From the NCBI RefSeq assembly GCF_006345805.1, contig NC_042998.1, forward strand, positions 39,866,001 to 39,930,000: a stretch of DNA of 64,000 nucleotides, given 5' to 3'. Every line of letters begins with the position of its first letter. The stretch's first letter is position 1. A program made the position numbers and the translations under genes. The notes under the pieces are model-generated. The model had not been told where the DNA came from. It did not search any database and saw nothing but the letters and a program-made list of their open reading frames with translations. This stretch comes from Octopus sinensis. Its lineage: Eukaryota. This document shows positions 36,242 to 49,589 of this stretch, piece by piece.

Positions 36242-38009
36242 CTAAAAGTGGCAAAGTATATAATACGATTAGGCATACACAAACATTTTTTTTAATGAAA
36301 ACTCCTATTTGTGACGTTCCTGCTTCTCCCAATAATATAAATTAGCTGCATTAGTGAATTTGCTTCTAGTAGAAGGTAATATTGGTTCAAGATGTTGATT
36401 AACCAAATGTATATTAAGTTATGTTTCTGAATGAATTTCTAAGCCTAGAAAAAAAAACACGGTGATTTTTGCAGGAAACATGCCTTTTTTTTTTTTGAGA
36501 AAAAAGTGGGGGCAGGAGATGTTAAGTGCAGTTTTATGAGATTATATATATTAGACAAGAAAAGCGCAAGTATTAAAGATATAACCAAGACAGGATGCAA
36601 AAGATGAATTGAGCAGGATGCTATAGAATTGTGTTAAGAGTTAAGCTATTTCACTAATCCCCCCCCCTTTTTTTTTTCTTCAATTCAATAAGCAATTAAA
36701 CTTCAACGGAGAAAACTCACTTTTACTGGGTAATTAGTTGGAGAAGGACAAATATAACGTTCTTGTACACGCTGCTTTTCTATAAAACGTGCTTGGTCTT
36801 TTAATTTATCGGCGCTATAGTAGTACGATTCCAAAAAAGTTGGCTGTACGTAAAAATGTGAATAGGACATTTTGCTTCAACTCACTGATGTTCTGTTTCG
36901 ACTGTCCAGCATTACTTTTATATGTATACAAGTTCACCCTACCATTCATTTCATTTTAGCGCACTAGCAACATTTCTTCCGACTCTTTATGTTCTGAGTT
37001 CAAATTTGGCCGAGGTCGATATAGCCTTTTATTCTTTCGCAATAGATAAAATAGATATGAGTTGAGCACTAGCACCTAAATTGCTGGCCTTGGGCCACAA
37101 TTATTGTTATTATTTTCTTATTTTTTATTTCATCTTCCGACCGGGTTTCAACTAGAGACCTAAGGCACGTATATATTAGCTGGAGAGAAACTTCCTGAGA
37201 TGAGCGGTTGATGTCAGCACAATTCTTATTAGGTACACACATGGAATTTTAAAAAGTCAAATTGCTCTTGATGTTTGGTTTAAATATCAGTTACTGTTAA
37301 AAAAAAAATAATGAAATTGTAAAGTTTAGGACGCTGGAAGTTCTTAGAGTATCATATCCGCCACCTTTTCTTTTTCATTCCACCTAAGCTTGTAATAGAA
37401 GCAATACCCCGTAGCAAGGAAAGTCTTCCTCAAGCAGTGAAGACCCTCTTTGGTGACAAACGTGGATCAAAAGTATCTACTGCTGATATAGCAGCAATAG
37501 ATACTTTTGCGCAAACAGTATTATGAGCCAACGAGATGTATTTATGTGGTTCCTTACTTAATGGAACTTTAAAATTAATCTCTAATATTAATAGTAGAGA
37601 TGTACGAATAAAGAGTAAATAGCTGAGACATATTCATTGAAGTGTATCAGATAAATAGTGATTGATAAATTATTGATAAAGATAGTAAAGATAGTAAAGT
37701 TGTGAAATGAATTCTGGTCAAGTAAACTTATGATCAAAGTGGTTCGAGTTATGACCATTTTTGCTTTTTTATATATTGTATGTTTTGGTTTCGTTTTTCA
37801 GGCATAGTGTTTCAAGAACTATTGAATACATCCTTCGTTTATTAAAACAATAGTTGTGATTTGAAGGAGATATAGTTGCTATTTCTAGCAGGTCAATCGT
37901 CCACGTAGAGGCTCCCTTGTTAGCTCATGTGAAAGGTGATTTAGTAGAGGTGATTTGTTTCACATTAAGTAAGTTTGGTTAGAAAATTATTAAAGGCTTA
38001 GTTATTGGT

Positions 38010-38220
38010 TTTAAATTTTGGCACGAGGCCAGCAACTTCGGGGGAGGAGTAAGTCAATTGCATCGACCCCAGTGCTCAACTGGTACTTATTTTATCAACG
38101 CGCGAAAGGATGAAAAATGAAGTCAACCTCGGCAGAATTTGAACTCAGAACGTAAAGACGGACGAAATACTGCTAAGCATTTTGCCTGGTGTGCCAACGA
38201 TTCTGCCTGCTTGCCGCCCT
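38010..38220 (-). mobile_element. tRNA-derived SINE copy
   Basis: catcgaccccagtgctcaactggtacttatttt...ggcagaatttgaactcagaacgtaaagacggacgaaatac. Confidence 0.75.
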
Positions 38221-38810
38221 AGGTAATATTTATTCCATACAACACCTCAAAATTGGTGTAAGGATTGCTGTATCTTATACGTTACATTTTATAAGTTACG
38301 TTTTCTTTAAAAGAAAAGTGTCTCAAAAAGAATCACTCTGGGTCCCATATGTGAGGTTGGGTCTCCCATAAGCTTTCTGAATACACACTGCTGAAATTAG
38401 TGTGCGCCAATATGCCCGTTCGTCTTTTATGCTATCAAATACGGAATATCAACTTCAGTATTTGACTATCAGAATGTAAAGGATCGTAACTAGATACCAA
38501 AAGTATTTTGTTCAACGCTCTTACGATTTTGCCCATCCACCGCTCTTATCCCTTTGTGGATCTTTTCCCTTTGAACGGCAGATCAAGAAATTGATTAAAG
38601 TAACTAAATACTTTCAAAATTCGGACACTGGCAGAATATGTCATATAAAATATCTTTTACTCTTAGCATTTTTGAGAAAAGTTTATATTTACGAAGTTAT
38701 TTCGTGTTAAAGTTGTCGTATTTCGGTAATTTCAACCAATCGATGACGTGTATTCAACTGAATAAAATTACTGCCGTTCTTTGTCAACAACTATCGGCGG
38801 TGTATATTTC

Positions 38811-39150
38811 GTTTGTCACTGTTATTTATGACATCGTTCGTGCGTTTGTACTAGTTTTAGCTTTAAGGTTTAGAGTTAGGGGGTTAGGATTAGGGTTTTA
38901 GAGTTAGGGTTAGGGTTGGGGTTTTAGGGTTAGAATTACGAAAAAAAGGAAGAAATTGGAGGGGTAGGGGTAGGGGGACAAAAAAGTTTTTTCCGAAAAT
39001 AGTAGCTGAAAAACAGGAAAAAAACAAACTAAAAGCAGTAGAAATGCACGAACGATTATGGTGGTGCCATGAAGTAAACATGCTTCAGAGTGTCGTTTAT
39101 TCATACAAACGTAACTGAGATGAAATATGTCATAAATAACAGTGACAAAC
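38811..39150. repeat. Fold-back element: nested inverted repeats enclosing a degenerate (TTAGGG)n tract
   Basis: Perfect 24-bp IR at 38811-38834/39127-39150, a 24/28 inner IR at 38833-38860/39029-39056, and TTAGGG-like repeats at ~38863-38933. Confidence 0.8.
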
Positions 39151-40501
39151 CTCCGAGACCCATTATAAATGCATTCTATTAACAGTTAGTATAATACATT
39201 CATCGGGTTTTTTTGGGTTTTTTTTTAGGGATTCTTATGCTCTACTGGTGATATCATGTGGAGTTACAGCATAACCAGTACAACCCGTGAAAACCACTTG
39301 TCTGAATGTTATGCTGGGGCTGTGTAGCTCCACCTCTACCACATCGTTCAGACACAATATATAGTTAGCTTTTTAAATGACTTAAATGGAATTCATATGG
39401 CCATCCTACAAGATATTTGAAGAAGCCGAGAGGCGGTCCGATATATTACGTTATATATTTTCGGGAAGGAGTGGGGAAAACTGAAGGACCGCTCCGGATG
39501 GCACAAACTCTAGCAACGTCTTTGATTCCCTATCTGAAGTTCGCATAGTACACTAACTCACAACGGTTTATTGCATGGGTACAGTGTGATAGTCTGTAGA
39601 TGTTGCCATTCTCACACTGTCCTATTCAGCAAATGTAGGCAAAGTGAACTCAGTTAAAACAATGGTTATTTCTCTTCAGTTCTTCTTTCAGAGTAGTGCG
39701 TACCCTTGCACAGTATTTGAAGCTACGATGTTATTGATGTTGTATTTATCTATCTTGACAGTGTTCTCTGCATTGTATTTTTGCAGTATTGTACATGTAA
39801 CTTGGTATTTAGAACTCAATGATATTTGATATTGCTGTATTTAAGAAGTCTGCCAGTAATTTTGTTGTCATTGATCAGTTAAATCGTTTCCGCTCCTACA
39901 ACCATCTGACAACTTGTACTACATTTACCCTTCAAACAAACCTCATTGAAAAGCTATCACTTTCAGAAGTTGAACATTTAGTAGAAAGATGGAGGAAGTG
40001 CTTCATTTCTTCTTTCAGAATTATATTTCCATTAAACTACTGCTATAGATAACAGTAATTTATTTCGTTCTCCTGTCATCTTAATTTATCCAATCCCTCC
40101 TCTATGCACGATTTAATTACATCAACGTAAGAAGTAGTATTTTACTGACATGCGACACATAAAAAAATATCCAATAAAAGCAAAAATGCAATAGAATAAT
40201 ATTATCAATAGTGCCGTCTGACCATCCAAGTAGATGTCGGTAACACAATCGTGTTGTAGAATAATAAAACAGCTACATCAAGAAATACGTGACAATCAAC
40301 ATAAAACATGACTGACATTTTCTCTATAACCGTAACTGAAAACGTCCAAAACTATTCCTTGTTATTTAAACGTCTATAATTCTTTTGGTTTGGAGCAGTG
40401 TTTTCTTAACTACTGTGGTAAATTGGCTTCTCGATTTCCACCATTGTCAGAGGCTGGTACGTTCAATGAAATAAGATATTGTTTCATAACTTATCACATT
40501 T

Positions 40502-42432
40502 GATGTGAAGCTGCTGCCCACGCTACCAGAGCCTATGCCAACTTGCCCGTCTTGTCACCCAAGGTCATCCTCAAACTTGACCATAAGAATGCCTTCAACT
40601 TCATCAGCCGCGATGCTGTCCTCAGCTCAGTAAGATAGAAGGCCCTACAACTCTACCGCCTTGTATGGTAGGCTTATTGGGAGCCCTCCTATCTCTTCAA
40701 ATCATCACCTCCGCCTCAGGAGTCCAACAGTCCTACTCGGGCTCGCTCTGTTCGCACTGTGTATTGATGACATCGCCAAGATGGGGGTCGAGCTAGACCT
40801 CAACGTTTGGTATCTTGACGATGTTTGTTTGGGGAGGCCTCTGGACAGGGTTCTCGCCATTGCAAACATGATAGTTGGGGGAGCTCAGTAGCCGAGGTCT
40901 TCAAGTAAACAGCTCCCAATGTGAGCTCTAGATCTTCAACCACACGGTTTCTCAACATCAACCAACTATTGACCTTTTTGCAGAGTCTTTCCCTTCCACT
41001 GCAATCCCTCTCCCATCGGCTTGGTGCTCCTTAAGAGCCTCAGTCACTAACCTTGCCTTTCAGTCCATCTTCCAGTCGAAGGTGGCTGCCCTTGAGCAAT
41101 TGCTGAAAAATATTGAAGCTATCGAACCCCATCAAGGTTTTTTTCATACTTAGGAATTACTCCTTGATCCCTAAGCTTCTATATTTGCTCAGAGTCAGCT
41201 CATCTTACCGATTCCCATCGTGCCCCCAACGCTTCGACAACCTAATCTTTGAGAGACTCGAATGCTTGTTCAATGTCAGACTCTTTCCAACGTCCCGCGA
41301 TCAGGCTGCATTACCCAAACGATTTGGAGGTCTTGGTCTTCGTCCCTCTCTCTCGCCTGCTTCCTTTCCTCAACTCACGCCTAGTCCACCCTGGCGAGCA
41401 ACATCCTCTCCTCTCCAACATAGACCAATTTCAACAGGGAGTTGGATGAAGCTCTCCAACACTGGAGGAAATTGGGCTTGTCTGCTCCTAAGAAGGTGGA
41501 GGACTATCGGAGTCAGAGAGCTTGGAACAACATAACTTTGAAGGCCACCTTCGACTCCCTCTTCATCCAGCCGGACCAGTTTTCAAGGTGTCGCTTACTA
41601 TCTGCTAGCTCCAAATACTCAGGTGACTAGATTGATCTATCCCTGTGGCTAATGTTGGTGGCCTACTCAGCTTAGACGAACTTCGTGTCTCCATTGCCCT
41701 CAGAGGTGGAGCTGACATATGTACAGGTTTGATCTGTCGTTGTGACAGGCTCCTCGACTCCACAGGCCTCCATGGCCTTTCTTGCCGCCTGAATGCTGGT
41801 CGCTTCGCGTGTCATACGGAGTTGAACCTGATACTCAAGAGGAGCTTGGCTCGGGCAAACATCCCCTTCATCTTGGAAGTATCTGGATTGTCCAGATGTG
41901 ATGGGAAGAGACCTGACGCCTCACCCTATGCCCTTGGTCGCGAGGCAGATGCTTTGTCTGGGATGTCACAGTTAGCGACTCCTTTGCTTCTTCTCACATC
42001 CTGGATGCTACGGTCAGGGTAAGACCCACAGCTTCTGCAGCCGAACGGAACAAAATCCTGAAATACCGCGATCTGTCGGCCAACTACATTTTCCATCTTG
42101 TGGCGTTCGAGACGTTTGGTGGGGTCGTACCACTAACCACGAGATTTCTGTCTTCACGGGCAACTCGTCTTGCAGAGGTAGCTGGTGAGACTCGTGAGGG
42201 CGCTTGGCTGTTCCAGTGCATCAGCCTCGCCATCATCGGCGGAAACGCTGCAAGCGTGCCGGCGTGCCTCAACAGCCATTAAAGAGGTTTCCCAACACCC
42301 CCAACTTTTCAAACCAAGGAGGTGACCTGTTTTTCTTTTTTTTTCTTTTTAATTTTGTCAATTGTGTTCTCTGTTTTGTCCAATTTTCTAATTTAATTTT
42401 GTAAAACGGTAAACACTGTGAAAGCAATAAAT
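40502..42432 (+). mobile_element. 5'-truncated, decayed CRE-clade non-LTR retrotransposon (RT plus restriction-like endonuclease)
   Basis: Motifs CEAAAHATRAY, KLDHKNAFN, LGLALFALCI, NVWYLDD and QAALPKRFGGLG; the CCHC motif CRC...GLHGLSC; RLE motifs DGKRPD, WDVTVSD, KILKY and AFETFG; AATAAA at ~42426. Confidence 0.85.
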
Positions 42433-42746
42433 TGGGAGTCCGGTATGTCCGCCGTCTGAAGAGCAGTATTTGTTGTTTGAACTAACATACAAACTAAGAA
42501 TATCTTTGAAATACTTATTCCAAAAAATGATTACAATAGAGAAAGATTTACTAAGGCATCAGATAAATCGTCTATATGATTTAATTGTGGCCCTTTACGT
42601 TTCTGAGTTTAAACCCTACCGACGTAAACTTTGCCTTTCATCTTTTTGAGGCCGATTAAATAAAGCACCAATCAACTACAGGATTCCAGTTAGTCGATTG
42701 TACTCTTTCTCAAAATATGCGGGAGTTCTAATGTTAGAAACCAAGA

Positions 42747-43154
42747 CAGGTCGTCGTCGACTTAAACCACAATTGGTTTCCACTGACTGGTCGTAAGTCG
42801 GTCTATAGACCTACATAGCATTGTTTTATATTTTTTACATTCTTAAAGTACATTCTCAGGTAAAAGTCACACACAGCATTTTGTATTATACTACTATACT
42901 GCCATTAGTCAAAAATTTCGGTGTTTCAAGCTTATTAACAAATACGGGGTTGCCTCAATATCTCTGCGACAGGATAGTCATCCAACACAGTGGCGATCGA
43001 TAACCAAACCTAGGGGAAGCGTTTGTTAGCTGATATCATCCATAGACGGGTTAATTTCTAAAAAATTAAATCCATTGAATTATTTATTATTGCTGCCGGT
43101 GGCTGGCGCGCCAATCGTCGTAAAGTCGATCGGTCGTAAGTCGACGACGACCTG
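42747..43154. mobile_element. Tigger/pogo-like MITE
   Basis: Perfect 18-bp TIR caggtcgtcgtcgactta / taagtcgacgacgacctg. TA lies on the right; the left shows GA. Confidence 0.8.
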
Positions 43155-43407
43155 TATTTTATGTTCTGTTTTCTTGCTGTATATGATTCTTGTACAAAAA
43201 GATTCCATTTCAACTATATAGGTCAGTGAATTATCTCCAGTTCCACTTCTTTTTCTTTTTACCTTTTCAAATATGGAATTTAATACATAATGTCTTTTCT
43301 CTCACAATTAAGAATTGAAACGATGGGTATGCAGTCCAAAGGTTCGTATCGTGTTACAGTTACTGCATTGTGTCCATCAATAAGAAAATTCACACTAGTT
43401 TTCTGTA

Positions 43408-43931
43408 CAGTAACAACGTACTTTACGAGGACCCGGGTTTACGAATTTATTTTTTAGCTCACTTTTGTGTGGTGAACTGAAATTTTTCAAGCACAAGATC
43501 CAAATTTTGATCGAAGTGCAAAAATTTATACTTCCACAACATTGAGAGCGAAAAAAAAAGCTTCTAAACAAATAATTCTAGGCTTGTTTTTAAAATAGAA
43601 ATCTACAAGTCCGTCTACACGGGCTTGTGAATCGGCGATCGCTCTACAAGTGATGGTGTGCGAGAGAAACTGATTCAGAAAACAATTATATTTTTTATCA
43701 TAAATGATCTTCACATTCTTTTTACCTTGCATAAAATATTCTTTACATTCTACTGTTGTTTTATTGCCATTTATTTATGAGTATAATAAATTTTATTGGT
43801 AAAATATATTTCTGGGAACGAATTACGATTTTGAATATTGCTATTATGGGAAATTATTGCTCTGTTTTACGAGTTTTCGCTTTACAAGCGGTCTCCGGGA
43901 ACAAATTAACTCGTACATCGAGGCATTACTG
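43408..43931. mobile_element. Diverged Tigger-like MITE
   Basis: ta|cagtaa...tacgag at the left and ctcgta...ttactg|ta at the right; the TIRs are imperfect. Confidence 0.5.
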
Positions 43932-45383
43932 TATCTCGTAGTAAATGGTTACAACAAAGAACCGCTAGCACAAATATCCTTCAAATCATACCCACCGTCT
44001 TAGAAAAGGACATGTTATATAAAATAATTCTACATACTCGCAAAAAGACAGGATGATCACGATTTGAATATATTTAATCGTGGGTTTTTCTCAGTCAGAG
44101 ATAGGCTGGAGTTAACAATAAGCCCTGTATGATCGTTTAATCATATCTTTCTATAAGATTGTTGGGCTCTGCAAGATTGAATTAACCTAAACATAGTACA
44201 TATAAATGAATTTTTCAATTGGTATTTCTACAGCCACATTTGTAGTAAAATTAATGACTTTTTTTTTTAATCGTTTCATAGATGAAGTTTTTACAAGAAT
44301 TCAAAACTTTCTGTATATCGCAGCTCTACTAGTCACAATTTGTGGTTTCCCTTCTTACATTAAAAACTGAAAATGATATGTGAGGTCAAATAAGAAAACA
44401 CTAAGTCTCTTGGAAAAAGCCTCCTCTATCTGTTGCAACATGCGTAAACTTCAATCTAAACTCACTACCCACTACTAATGCATCTTATTCCTCTCTGAGA
44501 GTATATCTCTTATCTTCTATTTCTAACCCATCTCTACTGCTCAGGTTACAACTTCATACTGAAAAGTAGTGTATCCCATTTAATTAAAATCAACTCTCCC
44601 TACCATTTACCTCTCTTATCTAGGTATCAGCAACAAAAAATTTCCAGTTACACTGCCTTAAAGTCTTTCTTCATTTTACTAAATGCATCTACAGTCTTTC
44701 AGAACTTCTCCAGCTACAAGTAGTAATTCCACTAGCTTACATATTGTATAGAAGACATTTCTCAGACATAAATATCGGGTCTTTTGATTCTGATTCTAAA
44801 CTCCTTACTCACTATTCTTAACTGTCCACAGCTGACAGAATTCAAACCCAGTCTTTACTCAGCTGTTGCATTTTTCTACACATCTTTTCATCTAACATTT
44901 ATTACATCTTTCTCTCACACAAAACATCCTAAACCTAAAAGCCAACTAACTGGTAGAAGCTCTCTCAATCTTATGCCAACTACACCTGGCAATAAATGTT
45001 CTTTGCAGCCAACATATCTGAAGCAGTGAAGTAGACTGAAACCCTCCTATGCATGTTCTTCATAAAAACCAAACTGAACCCTGAAGTGATTTGTCTGTGG
45101 CAGTACAGGAAAAGAACACTGCTTAGTAAACCAAGAGAAAGTCACCCACCACCAATACAAACTGAGACATGAGTCAGCGAGGGAGCCTCTACGAGGATAT
45201 TTGAACTATCATAACAAACAGATCTTTGTTAAAAAAATCTATCCTAACTCACAGATTTTTGTTAAAGCATACTCTAACTCTCTGAAAAAGAAAGAACAGT
45301 GAAAATAAAATGGGATTATTATGACTAGAACATTTATGATCATAGGTCTGCTCAATTAGAGCTATATTGCAACAATCAACAAA

Positions 45384-45790
45384 GGCGCAGGAGTGGCTGT
45401 GTGGTAAGTAGCTTGCTTACCAACCACATGGTTCTGGGTTCATTCCCACTGCATAGCACTTTGGGCAAGTGTCTTCTACTATAGCCTCGGGCCAACCAAA
45501 GCCTTCTGAGTGGATTTCATAGACGGAAACTGAAAGAAGCCCGTCGTATATATATATGTGTGTGTATATGTTTGTGTGTCTGTGTTTGTCCCCCCAACAT
45601 CGCTTGACAACCGATGGTGGTGTGTTTATGTCCCTGTAACTTAGCGGTTTGGCAAAAGAGACCAATAGAATAAGTACTAGGCTTCTAAAAAATAAGGCCT
45701 GGGGTCGATTTGTTTGATTAAAGGCGGTGCACCAGCATGGCCGCAGTCAAATGACTGAAACAAGTAAAAGAGTAAAAGAGAGTAAGAGTA
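45384..45790 (+). mobile_element. Full-length tRNA-derived SINE (second family, internal microsatellite)
   Basis: Head ggcgcaggagtggctgtgtggtaag...gggttcattccc (A/B boxes), a ttgggcaagtgtcttctactatagcc core, an internal (TA)/(TG) tract, and the tail gactgaaacaagtaaaagagtaaaagag. Partial copies at ~1895, 5755, 7690, 15970, 27215, 59565 and 60790. Confidence 0.85.
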
Positions 45791-48253
45791 CCTCAAAGTC
45801 AACCATCAGAAAAGCCAAAATTACCTTCTTCTTCCAAAATTGCAGTAGATAATTTTGTTGCTTTGCCAAGAGGATTTCTATGAATTTTATGAACTATTAA
45901 CAGTTAAATCCTGTCTTTAAAAAATAATTTCAATCACTTCAAGCCAATTGACATAGAGCATGTCCCTTTCATTATCTTCAAACAATGCACCACAAGACTA
46001 GCGTCCATCAATGCCAAATTTTTGTATCACTCTCTCTCCCTCTGCAAGGATGTCTTCCATCATTGAAAACATGCTACAGTCCATTCCAAAGGCAGCCCCA
46101 CTGGCCCTGTCAACTATCAATCTTTTGCTCTTTCAACAATTTCATTCCCCCTCTTCTGTGGCAATTTGTATGGCTACCGTATATCTGGATCCATTGGCAA
46201 CCTTCTCTATGCAACAGGCAAAACTAGTGTCATTGTACCTGATAATCAACCACTTCACTCATTGCTACTTCTTGAATGTCAACCCTCTGTACTTCTCATA
46301 CTTGCCACATTTTTATCTATACATTAACTTGTACATGTTCCAAGTTGAACATAAACCATATTTATCTGACCAGTCTTGTGGTTACTGTCCTTCTTCCAGA
46401 CTAAGCCATAGAATAAGAGGTTAACCAACAATTTGCTATGGATTAGGATTAGAATTAAACGTCTTATTTAGTCATCATCGTTGTTGTTTCAATGTCAACT
46501 TTTCCATGCTTGTAAGGGTCAAGCAGATTTTCTATAACTGGATACCCTTCCTGTTGCCAACTCTCACCTGTTTCTGAGCAAAGTTATATTTCTCCATGGA
46601 TAGACTGTGCCAAGAAAACAAAAAGAAAACTAATCCCAGATTGAATACTTTTGACCTTAGATCTACTCAATCAAGGCTCATCTGGGAATAAAGAACTAAA
46701 ACAGGTGAGTAGCTTCACAAGAACCTGAAAATACTGTTATATTTCCCATAATGTAACCAGGGCAGACTCTATAGAGTAGCTAGATCTGCTGAGAATGGTT
46801 TCAAATTTTGGAACAAGACCAACAAATTTAGTTGGGAGAATATTATTCAACCCCAGAACCTGAAAGGATGAGAAGCAATGTTAACTTCAATGGGATTTGG
46901 GCTCAGAACATAAAGAACCAAAAGAAATGTCACTAGGCATTTAGCTTGACATTCTGCCTATCCACCAGCATTTGCTCAACATGCTACCTATCCACCAGTC
47001 CATTTCTGCAAGGAATAGCAGTCAAATATTCTTGAAATCACACTCCACTATCTTCAAAACAAGGCACAGATAATGTAGGCCAAGATACATCATTACTGTC
47101 AGTTTAATGTCCTATTTCCCTCCTTGCATGATTCAGATGAAATCCATTGAGGCGAGATATTGTACAGATGGATGCCTTACTTCTCACCACTTTCCAAGCA
47201 AGGTATTTTCCTTCATTTTCAAAGATCAGAACAAATGACACTGCTTGTATAACGACACTAGTTCAGAAGCACTACATGATGTCAAGACAGATGCATACAA
47301 ATTTTATACACACACACACATATATTATTTCATCCATCATTGTCAATGATAATGAAGGACATCAAAGGCATAAAAAGGCAGGTCATGATGTGTCTAGTTA
47401 TGGCCAATCAATTCAATATATGCCCAGAAGACTCTGCGTTAGGTCAGGTACTGGGGACTGAAGGCAGAGAGTTTGCTCTGGACTTGTGCAGCTTGCATTT
47501 TCTTTGTGCCCATTGAATCCTATTTTGTTCATAAAAAGTGGCACCTGTATTGGTGCAGCTTTGCCAGGCAGGTCAGTCTGGTGCTGGTGTTTTTAAGTAT
47601 CATCACCATCATCATCGTTTAACGTCCTCCATCCATGCTGGCCAGATAGGAGCCTGCACCATGTTTCTGTGTCTGTTTTGGCATGGTTTTTATGGCTAAT
47701 GCCCTTCGAAATGCCAACCACTTCAGTGTAGACTGACTGCTTTTTAAGTGGAATCTGCACTGGAAAGGTCACAGAGTAACTTTGCAAGACAAGGAATCTT
47801 TGAGAGAGGAGGAGGCATTGGAGGTGTCGGATAATGAAAGGTTAGAGTGTGACAGAGAGGCAGAAACAGAGGTCTTGTTGTAGAGATGTATATAATATAT
47901 ATACACACACACACATGCACAATGGACTTCTTCCCACCTACCAACTTCCACTCACAAGGATTTGGTTGGCCTGGAACATACTCTCATAGAATACTGGAAA
48001 TGAATAACACTGCTGGTATGATGGTAACACTCATTTACAATTATCACATGATGTCAAGACAAGGAGACACAAACACACACACACGCATGAACATGAAGGG
48101 CTTCTTTCAGCCACTGTCTAAATCCATCACAAGGATTTGGTTGGCCAAGGGCTATAGTAGAAGACATTTACCCAAAGTGCTACACAGTGGGATTGAACAG
48201 AAAATCATGTTTAGAAAGCAAATACCTCAGCCACAGACACATCTGCACATCAG

Positions 48254-48286
<33 letters not shown>

Positions 48287-49589
48287 TGAATCATTATTTT
48301 TACATCTGCTTTTGCCATGCTAGCATGAAGACAAGACTTATTGAGACAAATTTCTCATGGCTACATGCCCTTCCTATCACCAACCCTCACTGGTTTTAAG
48401 GTAATATATCCGTTGAACCAGATATATCTTCACAGCAGATTGGAAACAATGGACACTACTTGCATGATGGTGACACTCACAACAATCACGATTGTTGTGA
48501 GACAATAGCTAACACATCCACTTATAAGTATATAATCCTCCTTTCTTTCCTTTCCTGAGCATCCAATAACACTATACTCATTCCACGTCCTCGCGTTGTT
48601 GTATTTTCTCTTTGTGTTTTCATCTTTGGATTAACTTTATATATATAAAATTGCCACATCAATATGGCTGTTCAGTCTTACTACTAGTTTAACCCTAGGC
48701 AGATCTTATAGGTGCAGCCTGCACTTAGTGCATATATATTGCCAGCAGGCGAGTGAACCCTTATCCTCCAGCAGACAACAGGATTGCAAGACCAATTTGG
48801 TTTCAAGTTAGTTTGCTCTCCTCAGTCGCAAGTGCATAGCAACCTCACTAATGCTGGTGCCACAAAAAAAGCATCCAATATATTGTAAAGTGGTTGGTAT
48901 TAAGAAGAAATTATGCCAAAGCAGATACTGTTAAACTGTCTGACTCAAAGAAATTCACACACCAGTCAAAATGTGTTGATTTTTGAGATGGCTAACATCT
49001 CTCAGTTGTAATGCCTTTTTACCCTCCAAGCTTCATATGCAATTGGGAAAGCATGAAGAGAATGATAAGAGTTTATATGCTGGTAGTGTGGCACAACCGA
49101 ATCATCAGATCCTGTTAAACTGTCTAACTCTTGCTAGCATGGAAGTTAAAAGATGATGGTGGTGAGAATAATGAGAATGGTGATGACAGCATCCTGAATT
49201 AGCATAGATTTCTCATTTTCCTATGATAGACAATATGTCTTTTTCACATGAACTGTATATAGTTTTAGCTATCTGTTAATTAGCTTCCTGGAACAGGTAA
49301 TAGTAACTTTTAATTCAGGCAAAAGGCTAGCATTCGTTTTATCAACTTCAGGATTAAAGACAATGTTGACCATGGCAAGATTTGAACTCAACATGTAAAG
49401 AACCAACAGAAATACTGCCAAGTATTTTGTTTAACACTGTAATTGATTCTGCCAATCCACTATCTTCAGGAACAGTTAATAATCCTTTCTAATTTTGGCA
49501 CAGTCAGCAATTTGGGGAAGACGGGACAGTTGATTACATCCCCCCCCACTCAACTGATACTTATTTTATTAACCCCCCCCCAAAAAAAA

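Noticed and set aside
36480-36625. Minus-strand hydrophobic stretch VLVISLILALFLS as the signal exon of the hidden gene
   Set aside because: No in-frame ATG and no credible phase-0 donor.
39235-39360. Two hairpins with ANANNA and ACA resembling an H/ACA snoRNA
   Set aside because: Pocket-to-ACA spacing looks too long, the first hairpin is ambiguous, and no + strand host gene is evident.
39560-39836. Two further minus-strand exon candidates
   Set aside because: Their phases (0-2 and 1-1) do not chain with each other or with the phase-0 exon at 36241.
45384-45460. tRNA-like sequence with A/B boxes
   Set aside because: It is a SINE head, continues into the SINE body, and has no full cloverleaf.
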